Origin: an uncultured Acidobacteriota bacterium | Lineage (GTDB): Bacteria > Acidobacteriota > Terriglobia > Acidiferrales > UBA7541 | Direction of reading: 5' to 3' | Length of the DNA stretch: 64,000 nt | Assembly (NCBI GenBank): GCA_963753745.1 | Contig: CAVWDX010000011.1 | Span: 81,071-145,070, forward strand | In this document: in pieces, positions 1-9,819 of the stretch | Layout of the letters: every line of letters starts with the position of its first letter | Numbering within the stretch: position 1 is the stretch's first letter | The notes under the pieces: generated by a model | The model's input: the letters and a program-made list of their open reading frames with translations, nothing else | What the model was told of the DNA's origin: nothing | Databases searched by the model: none | Made by a program: the position numbers and the translations under genes

Positions 1-1542
1 GATCACTTCGATGTTGTTCGCCACACCCGCCTTGAAGCGGTCCCGCGCCTGATCCACTTCCTGCCTCGAAAGCTGCACTCCCAGATTCGCCACCTGCACC
101 TGGTTGCGCGCCGAGTCCAGATTGATGAGCGCCGTCTTCACGTCCAGCGCGATCTGATTTCGCAAATCATCTTCTTGCTGTTCCAGTTTTTGGATTCTCA
201 AGTCCGCTTGGACCACCTCCGCGTGGATCCGGCCGCCCGTGAACAGCGGCAAATTCACGCTCGCTTCATAGTTGTAGGTGGGTAGCGTGGTGTTTGACGA
301 CGTGCCCAAATATGCATAATTCCCGTCGAAGCGCACCGAAGGCAGCCTCGAGTACTGCGCCGCCTTCTTTTCTGATCCCGCTGCTTTCAGCTGGGCCTGC
401 AGCGACTTCCACTCTTCGCGCTGCGCCAGCGCCAGGTCGATGCTCCCTTCCACGTCCGGCTGCGGCGTATCGAAAAAGCTGAGCGAATCCGCCAATTCGA
501 TGGCTTGCCGCGGGTCCAGATTCAGCATTCGGCTCAGTCCAAATAGAGAAGTGTCCCGGTCGTCTTCCGCCTCGAGCAACCGCTGCTTCTCGTTCTGCAG
601 TTCCACGTTTGCTCGCAGCGTATCAATCCCTGTCCCAACCCCTTCTTTCTGTACGTCCGCCGCCTGGTCATAGAGCGCCTGCGCCAGTTCCACTCGCGAC
701 TCAGACGCTTGCACGTTCGCCACGGCCCGCAGTGTCCCGATGTATTGCGACACCACCAGCAAAATTACTTGCTCGCGCGTTGAAAGGCTGTCTGCCTGGC
801 TCGCGTTCACGGTTTCACGCGCCGCCTGATACTTCCGCCAAAGCTTCAGGTCGAAGATGGGCGCGCTCAGGCTCGGTCCCGCGGAGAAAATCTGGTACGG
901 GCCCAACGATTTCGGAAATCCGGGGAATGGCGTCCTCCCGCCAAACTGCGCCAGCAAGTTTACTTTCTGTGCCTGATCGCTGACTCTTGCATTCAATTGC
1001 GGCAGAAGGTCGGCCAGCGCCAGGTTTTTGTCCTGAGCGCTCACTGCCGCCGACAAAACCGCGATTTGCGCTGTCGGGTTCTGTTTCAGGGCCAAGCTTA
1101 CGGCCTGATTCAACGTCAGCCGCAACACTCCGGTCGGCGCAGTCCCTGACAAGGGCGTTTGCTTCCCGCTCCCCTGCGCGCGTGCAACCGCCGGCATCAC
1201 CATCAGGCTAAAGAACGCGACATAGAAAATGATGTGCGAACCCTTTTTGTGGCCCCCGCAGCCCAATTTCGCCGTCCGTTCGTGCCCTTCAATCTCATCT
1301 ACAATCGCCTGGTTCAGGCACCCTTCCGCGATCAGCCTTCCGCCTTGTTGGTGAATCTCTTTCAACAGTGTTTTGCCTGCCGCATCGATGAAGCTCACCC
1401 CGCACAAGTCCACGCTGTATTTCTGCCCCGGTGCCCGTTCGCGCCAACATTGGTCCAGTGCCGTAACCCAGGGCCCCGCCAGCCGGCCTTCGACGCTCAG
1501 AACTGTCTTTCCCCGTTTTGTTTCCGTTGTGATTCTTAACAT
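1..1542 (-). CDS. STAS-domain/TolC-family outer membrane efflux protein fusion (3' end beyond window edge)
   Basis: Hand translation from ATG 1542 is open to position 1: MLRITTETKRGKTVLSVEGRLAGPWVTALDQCW...VDLCGVSFIDAAGKTLL (STAS-like), then KKGSHIIFYVAFFSLMVMPAVARA|Q (signal-like), then LTLNQAVSLALKQNP...LLPQL...ASVNLPLFTGG...EVDQARDRFKAGVANNIEVI (TolC/OEP). Absent from the ORF track, presumably because no stop lies in the window. Confidence 0.85.
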   Translation of the reverse strand, partial: MLRITTETKRGKTVLSVEGRLAGPWVTALDQCWRERAPGQKYSVDLCGVSFIDAAGKTLLKEIHQQGGRLIAEGCLNQAIVDEIEGHERTAKLGCGGHKKGSHIIFYVAFFSLMVMPAVARAQGSGKQTPLSGTAPTGVLRLTLNQAVSLALKQNPTAQIAVLSAAVSAQDKNLALADLLPQLNARVSDQAQKVNLLAQFGGRTPFPGFPKSLGPYQIFSAGPSLSAPIFDLKLWRKYQAARETVNASQADSLSTREQVILLVVSQYIGTLRAVANVQASESRVELAQALYDQAADVQKEGVGTGIDTLRANVELQNEKQRLLEAEDDRDTSLFGLSRMLNLDPRQAIELADSLSFFDTPQPDVEGSIDLALAQREEWKSLQAQLKAAGSEKKAAQYSRLPSVRFDGNYAYLGTSSNTTLPTYNYEASVNLPLFTGGRIHAEVVQADLRIQKLEQQEDDLRNQIALDVKTALINLDSARNQVQVANLGVQLSRQEVDQARDRFKAGVANNIEVI

Positions 1543-1832
1543 TGTCTTGACCCTACCGCTGCCAAATAGATGCACTACGGGCTCCATCCGACGTTAAATC
1601 TTGTAGATATTTAAGTTGTTTATTATAAATAATTTAGCGTAAATCTGGGCGAGCGATCAGAGAAAATATGGACTATATATGGGCAAATGACGCTTTGATG
1701 GCTTTAAATAACAGACTAAATATGGTCACTCCTGAAACCGGTCCAACTTTCCTCTGCTTATCCCCGCTTCTCTTTCGTCCCGTATCCCAATGCTTCCACG
1801 AAAAAATCCGCCTTCTTCACCAACCACAACCG

Positions 1833-1907
1833 CTACCCCGCATCCAGCTCCACCAGCGTCTCCAGAGTTTTTGCATCCTCGTGCTCCGCTAGCGTGCCTG
1901 TTGGCAT
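1833..1907 (-). CDS. possible 24-aa acidic small ORF (MPTGTLAEHEDAKTLETLVELDAG)
   Basis: GGAG Shine-Dalgarno-like motif just upstream of ATG 1907; TAG at 1835-1833; no homology recognised. Confidence 0.2.
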   Translation of the reverse strand: MPTGTLAEHEDAKTLETLVELDAG

Positions 1908-2066
1908 GTTTTCTCCCAACTCCGATGGGCGCCTGCCGACTACTTTTTGTTGAGGACGGCCGTAAAACCAGGCTAGTCGCAACGCGGCGAGCATTTCCGA
2001 AGGACACCCCGACCGGGTCAATTCCAAGCGGTATTTTTCCTTAACGTGGAGAGGGCTTCCCGCGTC

Positions 2067-2537
2067 TTAGCGGCGAACCGCGATGGCCTGCAACTCGAAG
2101 TGGCCGCCGCGAAGGAGCGCTGCCGCTCCGATAAATTCCCGCGCGGGAAAGTCCTTGGTCGTGAAGTAAGTCTTGTAAGCGGCGTTGAATTTGTCGTAGA
2201 GAGACAAGTCCGTGCAGGCGATCTGTACGTACACCAAATCGTCCATGGTCATTCCAGCCTGCTCCAAGGTTCCCTTCATACCGTCCAGTAGGAGCTTGAT
2301 TTCGTCCTCGACTTGCGCCGGAGCCTTACCGGTCTTGGGGTCCAACCCAATTCTGCCCGACAAGTACAACGTATTCCCGGCAAGAATGGCGTCGCTGAAA
2401 GGCGCCTGGATGGTCTTCTCCGGTGCATTGAAGACCTTTCGCGTTGATTGCGCGGCCGGTTCGGAAAAAGCTCCGCGCACGGTGAGAACTCCTCCAACAA
2501 CAAGGGCGATAAGCAGAAAACTAACGCGACGGTTCAT
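2067..2537 (-). CDS. Rid/RidA (YjgF/YER057c/UK114) family protein with N-terminal signal peptide
   Basis: PFSDAILAGNTLYLSGRIG, FPAR, FELQAIA motifs; SD GGAGGG before ATG 2537; hydrophobic N-terminus. Confidence 0.85.
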   Translation of the reverse strand: MNRRVSFLLIALVVGGVLTVRGAFSEPAAQSTRKVFNAPEKTIQAPFSDAILAGNTLYLSGRIGLDPKTGKAPAQVEDEIKLLLDGMKGTLEQAGMTMDDLVYVQIACTDLSLYDKFNAAYKTYFTTKDFPAREFIGAAALLRGGHFELQAIAVRR

Positions 2538-2743
2538 GGCTCCCCTCCATTCGAATCCGCTTGGAAACAAACTCCTCGGATTTGTCGCGCGAGTGTAGCC
2601 TGCAAAACGTTCCGCCGCAACCGGCGGCACAGACTGGTGGGACAGACTTCAGTCTGTGCGCGCTCTCGGGATAAGCTGCGAAATCTGCAGCCATAATGAC
2701 TCTCCAGCAGTGCTAGAATGCCGCTTCTTTCTCGAGGTGACCA

Positions 2744-4093
2744 ATGCGTTCCTTCGTTCGAACCAGTTTCCTCTCTCTAGCCGCGGCTTTATCTATCTCC
2801 GCCCCGCTCTTTGCCCAAAGCGATTTGGACCAGGGCATCAATAAAGAAGAAGACTCGCTCCTGGCAACCTACAAACATCTCCACGAACACCCGGAACTCT
2901 CCACCCAGGAAAAAGAAACTTCCGCGTTGATCGCCGCGGAATTAAAGAAAGCCGGCTACGAAGTCACCGATCATTTCGGCCAGTACGATGACCCCAAGTT
3001 AATTTCCTACGGCATCGTCGCCGTCCTGAAAAATGGGCCCGGCCCCGTCGTTTACGTGCGCACCGATATGGACGCGCTTCCCATCGTCGAAAACACCGGC
3101 CTGCCCTACGCCAGCCACGTAAAAGCAAAACGTGCGGACGGCACCGAAGTTGGCGTGATGCACGCTTGCGGCCACGATCTCCACATGACCGTTTTTCTCG
3201 GCACCGCGCGCATGCTCTCGCAACTAAAGGATCGCTGGAGCGGCACGGTGGTCTTGATCGGCCAGCCCGCGGAGGAAACCGTCGGCGGTGCGCAAGCCAT
3301 GCTCCGCGCAGGACTCTTCAAAACATTTCCCAAGCCGGATTACGTCCTCGCGCTCCACGACACCGCCGCGGTACCCGCTGGAAAAGTTTCCTGGCATGCG
3401 GGGCCTCTTCTCGCTGGCGCGGATTCCGTGGACATCACTGTGCGCGGCTATGGCGGGCACGGAGCCGCGCCGCAAGCGACAAGAGATCCGATTGTCATCG
3501 CCTCGGAAATCGTCGTCATGTTGCAAACGATTGTCAGCCGCGAAATGGATCCTCAGCTTCCTACTGTCGTCACCGTCGGCTCGTTCCATGCCGGCACGAA
3601 GAACAACATCATTCCAGACGAAGCTCGCTTGCAGCTCACCGTTCGAACCATGAATCCACAGCAACGCGAAAAAGTTCTCGCGGCCATCGCCCGAATCACG
3701 AACGGCGTCGCTGCCGCCGCCGGCGTTCCCGCCGAGCGCGCTCCCATCATCCAAGTCGAGGAGGACCACGTTCCCGCCACCATCAACGATCCAGAGCTTT
3801 CGCGGCGCGTCGGCGCCTCGCTCGAGCGCGCTCTCGGAAAAGACAATGTCCTTGCCGGCGAGCCCATCATGGCCAGCGAAGACTTCAGTCTTTTCGCTCT
3901 CGCGGATCCCAAGCCGCCTATCTGCATGTTCTGGCTTGGCGCCGCCGACCCGGTAAAACTAAAGGAAGCGATGGAAAAAGGCGCGCGGCTGCCCGGCCCA
4001 CACTCGAGCGAATTCGCTCCCGTGCCCGGCCCCGCCATTCGAACGGGCGTCAAAGCCATGACCTCCGCGGTGATGGATCTGCTCCAAAAATAA
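2744..4093 (+). CDS. M20D-family amidohydrolase, exported
   Basis: HEHPELS, RTDMDALP, MHACGHD, QPAEE, GGHGAAP, SEDFS motifs; signal peptide ending LFA|Q; TGcTAGAAT at 2711-2719 and GAGGTG SD upstream. Confidence 0.9.
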   Translation: MRSFVRTSFLSLAAALSISAPLFAQSDLDQGINKEEDSLLATYKHLHEHPELSTQEKETSALIAAELKKAGYEVTDHFGQYDDPKLISYGIVAVLKNGPGPVVYVRTDMDALPIVENTGLPYASHVKAKRADGTEVGVMHACGHDLHMTVFLGTARMLSQLKDRWSGTVVLIGQPAEETVGGAQAMLRAGLFKTFPKPDYVLALHDTAAVPAGKVSWHAGPLLAGADSVDITVRGYGGHGAAPQATRDPIVIASEIVVMLQTIVSREMDPQLPTVVTVGSFHAGTKNNIIPDEARLQLTVRTMNPQQREKVLAAIARITNGVAAAAGVPAERAPIIQVEEDHVPATINDPELSRRVGASLERALGKDNVLAGEPIMASEDFSLFALADPKPPICMFWLGAADPVKLKEAMEKGARLPGPHSSEFAPVPGPAIRTGVKAMTSAVMDLLQK

Positions 4094-4166
4094 ATCTTCG
4101 TGTTCCCGAGGAACAATTCCAGAAGCGCAACTGCTATCGCGCCCGCGTTGTGCGTCCGAAATATAT

Positions 4167-5174
4167 TTAAAGTGCAATCACTCCCGCGCGAATGAGGTAA
4201 AGCGAAGTTACTCCGACGACGAGCCAGAGAATGATGCCTTGCAAGAGCGGACGCCATCCGACTTCCTTCAGCGTGGCGCGCGAAATGCCCGTACCAATTA
4301 GAAACAGAGTGGCCGTGAGCCCGAGACGGCCGAACGCGAAGATGGCGTTCGAGAAATAAGTGATCGCAGGGATGTAGGTGTTGAGGATTGCGGCCAGGCA
4401 AAAAAACAAAATGAACCACGGAAGCCGAATGGTCGATGCGCTGCTGACCTGAGGTTCGCCGTCAATTTTAGATTTATTATGTTTGACTGCGGCTACGGCC
4501 AGCGCCAGGGGGGCGATCCACAGCGCGCGGGCTAACTTCACCGTGGTGCCGATGATTAGTGCTTCCTGGCCATACTTCGCGGCGGCGCCAACGACGGAAC
4601 TTGTGTCATGAATCGCGAGCGCGGCCCAGAGGCCAAACTGCGATTGCGAAAGATGGAGCAAGCCGCCAATCGGCGGGAAAAGAAGAAGCGCGACGGAATT
4701 TAAAATAAAAACCGTGCCGAGGGACACCGCCATCTCTTCGTCATCGGCGTGAAGAATCGGACCGATCGCCGCGATGGCGCTGCCGCCGCAAATGGCCGTG
4801 CCCGCGGTAATCAGAAACGAAGAATTTCCGCGAACCCGCAAGAGCCTGCCGAGCGCGAGCCCCATCAGAATGGCAAATGAGATTCCCATCGCGGTGTAAA
4901 CGAAGCCGCTGCGGCCCGCTTTCAGCACTTCGTGCAGATTCATTCCGAAGCCGAGCGCGACGACGCAAACCTGCAGAAGGATTCGCGCGGATGTCCGTGC
5001 GATCGAGGCATACGGATGCGTGAAGCTCAGTCCAAAAATAATTCCGATAGTGAGAGCCACGGGAGGAGAAATAAGCCCGGTGAAAGAGAGGACAAGAACG
5101 ATAAGGAAAATAATTTTCGAGAAAGTGATCATCGCGAGAAGAAAGAGTATGAGGGCAGCGACAAACGCAGGCAA
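4167..5174 (-). CDS. YeiH/UPF0324 family putative sulfate exporter membrane protein
   Basis: GTAICGGSAIAA, GLWAALAIHDTSSVVGAA, TTVKLARALWI motifs; many TM helices; start uncertain (TTG 5174 or a later ATG). Confidence 0.85.
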   Translation of the reverse strand: MPAFVAALILFLLAMITFSKIIFLIVLVLSFTGLISPPVALTIGIIFGLSFTHPYASIARTSARILLQVCVVALGFGMNLHEVLKAGRSGFVYTAMGISFAILMGLALGRLLRVRGNSSFLITAGTAICGGSAIAAIGPILHADDEEMAVSLGTVFILNSVALLLFPPIGGLLHLSQSQFGLWAALAIHDTSSVVGAAAKYGQEALIIGTTVKLARALWIAPLALAVAAVKHNKSKIDGEPQVSSASTIRLPWFILFFCLAAILNTYIPAITYFSNAIFAFGRLGLTATLFLIGTGISRATLKEVGWRPLLQGIILWLVVGVTSLYLIRAGVIAL

Positions 5175-5228
5175 CGTCGAAATTAAAAATGCCGCGAGAT
5201 ATTTTTATCAAGGATTGCGCGGCAACGA

Positions 5229-6170
5229 TCATTGTTGCTCTTTCGGCTGCGCGGGCGCGAGCGCCGCGGGAGTTTTAACCTGGGCGGATGAAGCCGGTTG
5301 CGCGGAAGGAGCAGGCTTCGCGGCAGGCGGGGGTTGTGCCGGCGCGGATGGCGAAGGAGCACCAGGCGCGGTTGGAGCCGCAGATGGCTGGTGCGGGACG
5401 GCAGACAGTTTTGCGATGATTTTTTCCGTCGCAGCTTTGCTGACGGCGCAAGCCGAATCCCAGATGCGGCATTGCGCCAGAGTATATTTGCAGCCGCAGG
5501 TGCAAGACTCGGCGTTGAAACGGTGCAGGGCGATTTTCTTTTGCTCGGGTGTGAGTTTCGAGAGGTTGACGCCCGGAAGTTCGGTGGCTCTGTCGGCATG
5601 TTTGAGAAAAACTTCGCCGGTGTCCTCGAACGTTTCCACTTTTGCCTGGATGGGAAGACCGAGCAGGGCGCGAATTTCAGTTTCGTAGAGCGCCGGATCC
5701 AAAAGTCCGACGTGCTTTTGAACGACGCGGCCTTCGGTGTCCAGGACGAAGGAAGTGGGCAGGGCAGGGATGCCGCCGTATGCCATGCGGATGGCGTCGG
5801 GAGCCATGGCGACGGGATAGTTGATGCCAGTTTCCGCGACGTACTTCTGAACCTCGGCGGCGTCATCGTCGTCGACATTGAGGCCGATGACCTGGAGGCG
5901 GTCTTTATATTGATCCTGCAGAACGATGAGATCGGGGACTTCGGCGCGGCACGGTCCACACCAGGTGGCCCAGAAATTCAGAAAGACAACTTTGCCGTGG
6001 AAGGCAGCGAGGGTGAGCGGCTTGCCATCGAGGGAGGTGAGTTGGAAGCTGGGCGCGGGATCGGGATTGCGGACAAAGCGGATGACAGGTTCGTTGTTTT
6101 GTTGCGCGGAAGCGAATACCGGCCAAAAGAGAAGAAGTAACGAGGCGAGGAAGCAGCGAGAATGAGTCAT
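5229..6170 (-). CDS. TlpA/ResA-like thiol-disulfide oxidoreductase with extra C-terminal Cys-rich domain and Pro/Ala tail
   Basis: NFWATWCGPCRAEVP redoxin motif; signal peptide; C-terminal CTCGCKYTLAQCRIWDSAC. Confidence 0.85.
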   Translation of the reverse strand: MTHSRCFLASLLLLFWPVFASAQQNNEPVIRFVRNPDPAPSFQLTSLDGKPLTLAAFHGKVVFLNFWATWCGPCRAEVPDLIVLQDQYKDRLQVIGLNVDDDDAAEVQKYVAETGINYPVAMAPDAIRMAYGGIPALPTSFVLDTEGRVVQKHVGLLDPALYETEIRALLGLPIQAKVETFEDTGEVFLKHADRATELPGVNLSKLTPEQKKIALHRFNAESCTCGCKYTLAQCRIWDSACAVSKAATEKIIAKLSAVPHQPSAAPTAPGAPSPSAPAQPPPAAKPAPSAQPASSAQVKTPAALAPAQPKEQQ

Positions 6171-6472
6171 GGCGTCCTTTATAGGAGAGCACATTGAGCG
6201 GCGAACGCCAAGTGGAGGGTGGGCGTGACTTTTGGTCTATGTTCCGTGTCCTGTATCCCGAGTTCTGGGCTGGCAAAACTTCAAGAGGACAGCCAGGAAT
6301 GGCTGTCGCTGGCCTTCCCCCCCTCTTCACCGAATGAGTTGCGTGGCCGGAAATGTCGTTTAGTACTCCTTCAGGCTCCAAAATGGATTCTTGGAAGCCG
6401 GGACGATCACAGGCCAACGTCGAATGCGAACACTATGCATGCTTTCGCCCACGAATCCTCTTCTTACCTTGG

Positions 6473-6748
6473 TTCGCTTGTGCCGGAGAAGGCGCGGCCC
6501 TTGAATGACGAACAGCAGTTGAGAGCCGCTCTGCAGGTCCGCACTCTTTCTGCTGTCCGATACATACGCTTCCTGTTTCGCAGGAATTTATTCGAAAGGA
6601 CTCGTAGCCCCCGAGAGCGCCTCTGATGAATCTTGCTGAATTTATAGAAGGTAACCGCGATAAACATTTGGCCGAGCTTCATGAATTTCTGCGAATCCCC
6701 AGCGTGAGCGCCAAGATCGAATAAAAACCGGACATCGAACGCGCTGCC
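6473..6748 (+). repeat. diverged direct repeat copy 1 (upstream region + first 41 codons of the M20 dipeptidase gene)
   Basis: Aligns with 9820-10096; the coding part 6626-6748 matches 9974-10096 at 108/123 nt by hand count. Confidence 0.9.
6626..6748 (+). pseudogene. truncated 5' fragment of the M20 dipeptidase gene
   Basis: [40 protein letters not shown] with TAA at 6722-6724, versus [41 protein letters not shown] in the intact gene. Confidence 0.85.
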
Positions 6749-7077
6749 CCTTCTTGCGCTTCTTTGCTTGCGGTGAGGATCCGTCTCACGAACAACCGGA
6801 CGCCCCTCTGCCCGACGGGATTGCTTCCAGAACCGAGCCTCTACTGATCAGGGGCGCCATCGCAGGCGAATAAGCGTCGGCAGCTCTCGAAATAGCCCGG
6901 CACGGCGCTCGCAGGGTCCGTGCTCCGGACTGTCCCGGCCGTCCCCCTCCGTGACAATCCACTCTTTGCATCGTCCATACAAAAGCACCCCGCGGAATCC
7001 CGCTGGCTAAGCTCGGAAGTTTGCTTTATTTGGGAACCCTGGGCGGCTGACCTACGTAACCATGGGAGAGGTGTTTG

Positions 7078-9637
7078 ATGCCAAGCCTGCCCGGCAGTCT
7101 TCGGTATGCGCTCCGGCAGTTCCGGCTGGCGCCGGTTTTTACTACTGCGGCGATCTTGACCCTGGCCTTGGGTATTGGCGGGACCACCGCCATTTTCAGC
7201 TTGATTCACGCCGTGATGCTCCGCTCCTTGCCCGTTTCAGATCCTGGCAGGCTCTACCGCGTCGGCGATGGCGATGACTGCTGCGTGGAAGGCGGTCCCC
7301 AGGACCAGTGGGGTATGTTTTCGTATTCCTTGTATGAGCGCCTGAAGACGGAAACACCGGAATTTGAGGAGGTGGCCGCTTTCCAAGCCGGACGCGGCCG
7401 CTTGAGCGTGCGCCGCCAGGGGGTCGAGTCAGCCGCCAGACCTCTGCGCTCGGAATATGTCAGCGGCAATTACTTCTCCACACTTGGAGTGCCAAGCCTT
7501 CGGCGGGCGGATGTTTACCCCGGAGGACGACACGCCATCTGCCCCACCGGTCGCGGTACTTAGCCATCGCGTCTGGCAGACAGCCTATGCGTCGGATCCT
7601 TCCGTGGTGGGTTCAACTCTCGTGGTCGAGGGCCATCCCTTCACCGTGATCGGTGTCGCTCCACCCGGATTTTTCGGCGAGACTCTCGAAAGCGATCCTC
7701 CGGACATTTGGCTCCCGCTCCAACAAGAGCCCATGATGCATGGCCAAGGCGGTTTGGTGAACCAGTCCATCTCTGCGTGGCTGCGCATGATTGGTCGCTT
7801 GCGCCCGGGAGCTTCTATTACAGGTATGGCTCCGCGCCTCACGGGCGTTCTGCGCCAATGGATGCAATACGATTCTGGATATCCCGCCAACTGGATGCCA
7901 GACGTTATCAAACTTCTCCCCAGACAAACGCTTAACGTCATACCCGCCGGTGCCGGCGTGGCCGTGATGAAGGAGGAATACGGCCGCAGCCTCCAAATTC
8001 TGCTCACTGTATGTGGGTTGGTGTTACTGATTGCCTGCGCCAATGTTGCGAACCTTTTGCTCGCGCGCGGTGTAGCGCGTCGCGGGCAGACGGCTGTGCG
8101 GCTGGCCCTGGGAGCGACCCCGCGCCAAATTGTTGCTCAAGCGCTCACAGAAAGCATTCTTCTGGCGATTGGCGGCGCCATCGCCGGGCTGCTGGTGGCT
8201 ACGGCGGCCGCGCGCCTGTTGTTGACGCTGGCCTTTCATAGCGCTCATTTCCTGCCGATTAGCGCCACGCCATCGCTCATCGTTCTGGCCTTTGCCTTCG
8301 TGCTGGCGCTCGTTACCGGAATCATTTTCGGGGCGGCTCCCGCCTGGCTCGCAACGCGCACCGACCCTGCCGAAGCATTGCGCGGCTCGGGCCGCGGTAC
8401 CCGCGACCGTTCTTCCTTTGCGCGTAAAGCGCTGCTCGTTGTGCAGGCTACCTTGTCCGTTGTTTTGGTCGCCGGGGCAACGATGTTGGGCCGGAGCTTG
8501 AATAAACTCGAGAATCAGGACTTCGGATATAAGGTGCAAGGTCGCGTCGAGGTCGATATCAACAGGCCTCCGGCGAGCTACACGCAGCCCAGGTTGCAGG
8601 CACTGTACCGTCAGCTCGAAGAGCAACTCGATCGTATCCCCGGCGTGCAAGGGTCCGGGATGGCCTTGTATAACCCGCTCACCGATAACTGGGGCGAATT
8701 GATCATGGTGGCCGGCCATCCTCAGGGCAAATTTGATGAAAATTCTGGCGCTTCCTGGGATCGCGTTAGCGCGAACTTTCTTCAGAACTGGGGCATGCAG
8801 ACTATTCGCGGACGCGCGTTCACGGCTGCCGACAACGAAACCACGGCTCCTGTGGCCATCGTGAACGAAGCATTCGTAAAGCGTTTTTTCAAGAGCGATG
8901 AAGACCCGCTGGCCCAGCACTTCGGCCTGGACATGCCTCAAAACGCAAGCACGTTCACCATCGTTGGCGTCGTGCGCGATGCCAAGTTTGCGGGTTGGGG
9001 CTTAAGTCGGCCGGCGCGTCCGATGTTCTACGTGCCCCTCGCTCAGACGGTTGATTACCACGACGAGATCATGACGAAACTCGAGCTGCGCTCGCACTTC
9101 ATCGGTGGAATCATGCTGGTAACGAATCTATCTCCCGGGGCACTCGAGCCGCTGCTTACCAGGACCCTCGCGGAGTTGGATCCCGACCTGACCATCAACA
9201 GCATCCGGACCATGCAGCAGCAAGTCGAGCTTTCCTTCGATGAAGAGCGCGCCGTCGCCAGCCTTGCCGGTTTGTTTGGGATTGTCGCTCTGGTGCTGGC
9301 TGCCGTCGGACTCTATGGCGTTACGGCCTACACCGTCGCGCAGAGAACCAACGAAATCGGAATCCGCATGGCGCTTGGTGCGGACCGCCCAAGCGTGATT
9401 CAACTCGTTCTGCGCGGCGCATTCAAACGCGTTCTCGTCGGCTTGATCCTCGGCTTGCCTCTGGCGGTTGGCGCCGGCCGGTTGATCTCCGCCCAGTTGT
9501 ATGGCGTATCCTCGTGGGATCCGCTTGCCCTTGGCGTGGCTGCGGGCGCTCTGGCAATTTGCTCGTTCTTCGCGGCGATCATTCCCGCAAATCGGGCAGC
9601 ATCCATTTCGCCCATGAAAGCGTTAAGAATTGAGTAG
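7078..9637 (+). pseudogene. ADOP-type duplicated ABC transporter permease (MacB/FtsX-like), frameshifted near 7492
   Basis: ORFs 7075-7563 and 7457-9637 join into one permease (LALGIGGTTAIFS...VSGNYFSTLGV / QAFGGRMF...LLIACANVANLLLAR...EIGIRMALGA) if one C is removed from GTGCCAAGCC; may be a sequencing error. Confidence 0.8.
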
Positions 9638-9819
9638 CGAAGCCTGATGTTCATGTGTGTCAACCGGTAGCAGGCCGGTTCATACGAGTATTGCGGGACA
9701 AATCTTTCACTACTTACGCCGGCCCGAATGAGGCTATGGGAATTCAGGAGGGTCGCAAGACAAATTCAATTGGAATTAATCTGCGGCTGTTCCGCCAAGA
9801 AGGGTCCAAGATAGCCGCC

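Noticed and set aside
6219-6626. 135-aa ORF upstream of the dipeptidase fragment
   Set aside because: No motifs, and its 3' part overlaps the duplicated non-coding upstream region.
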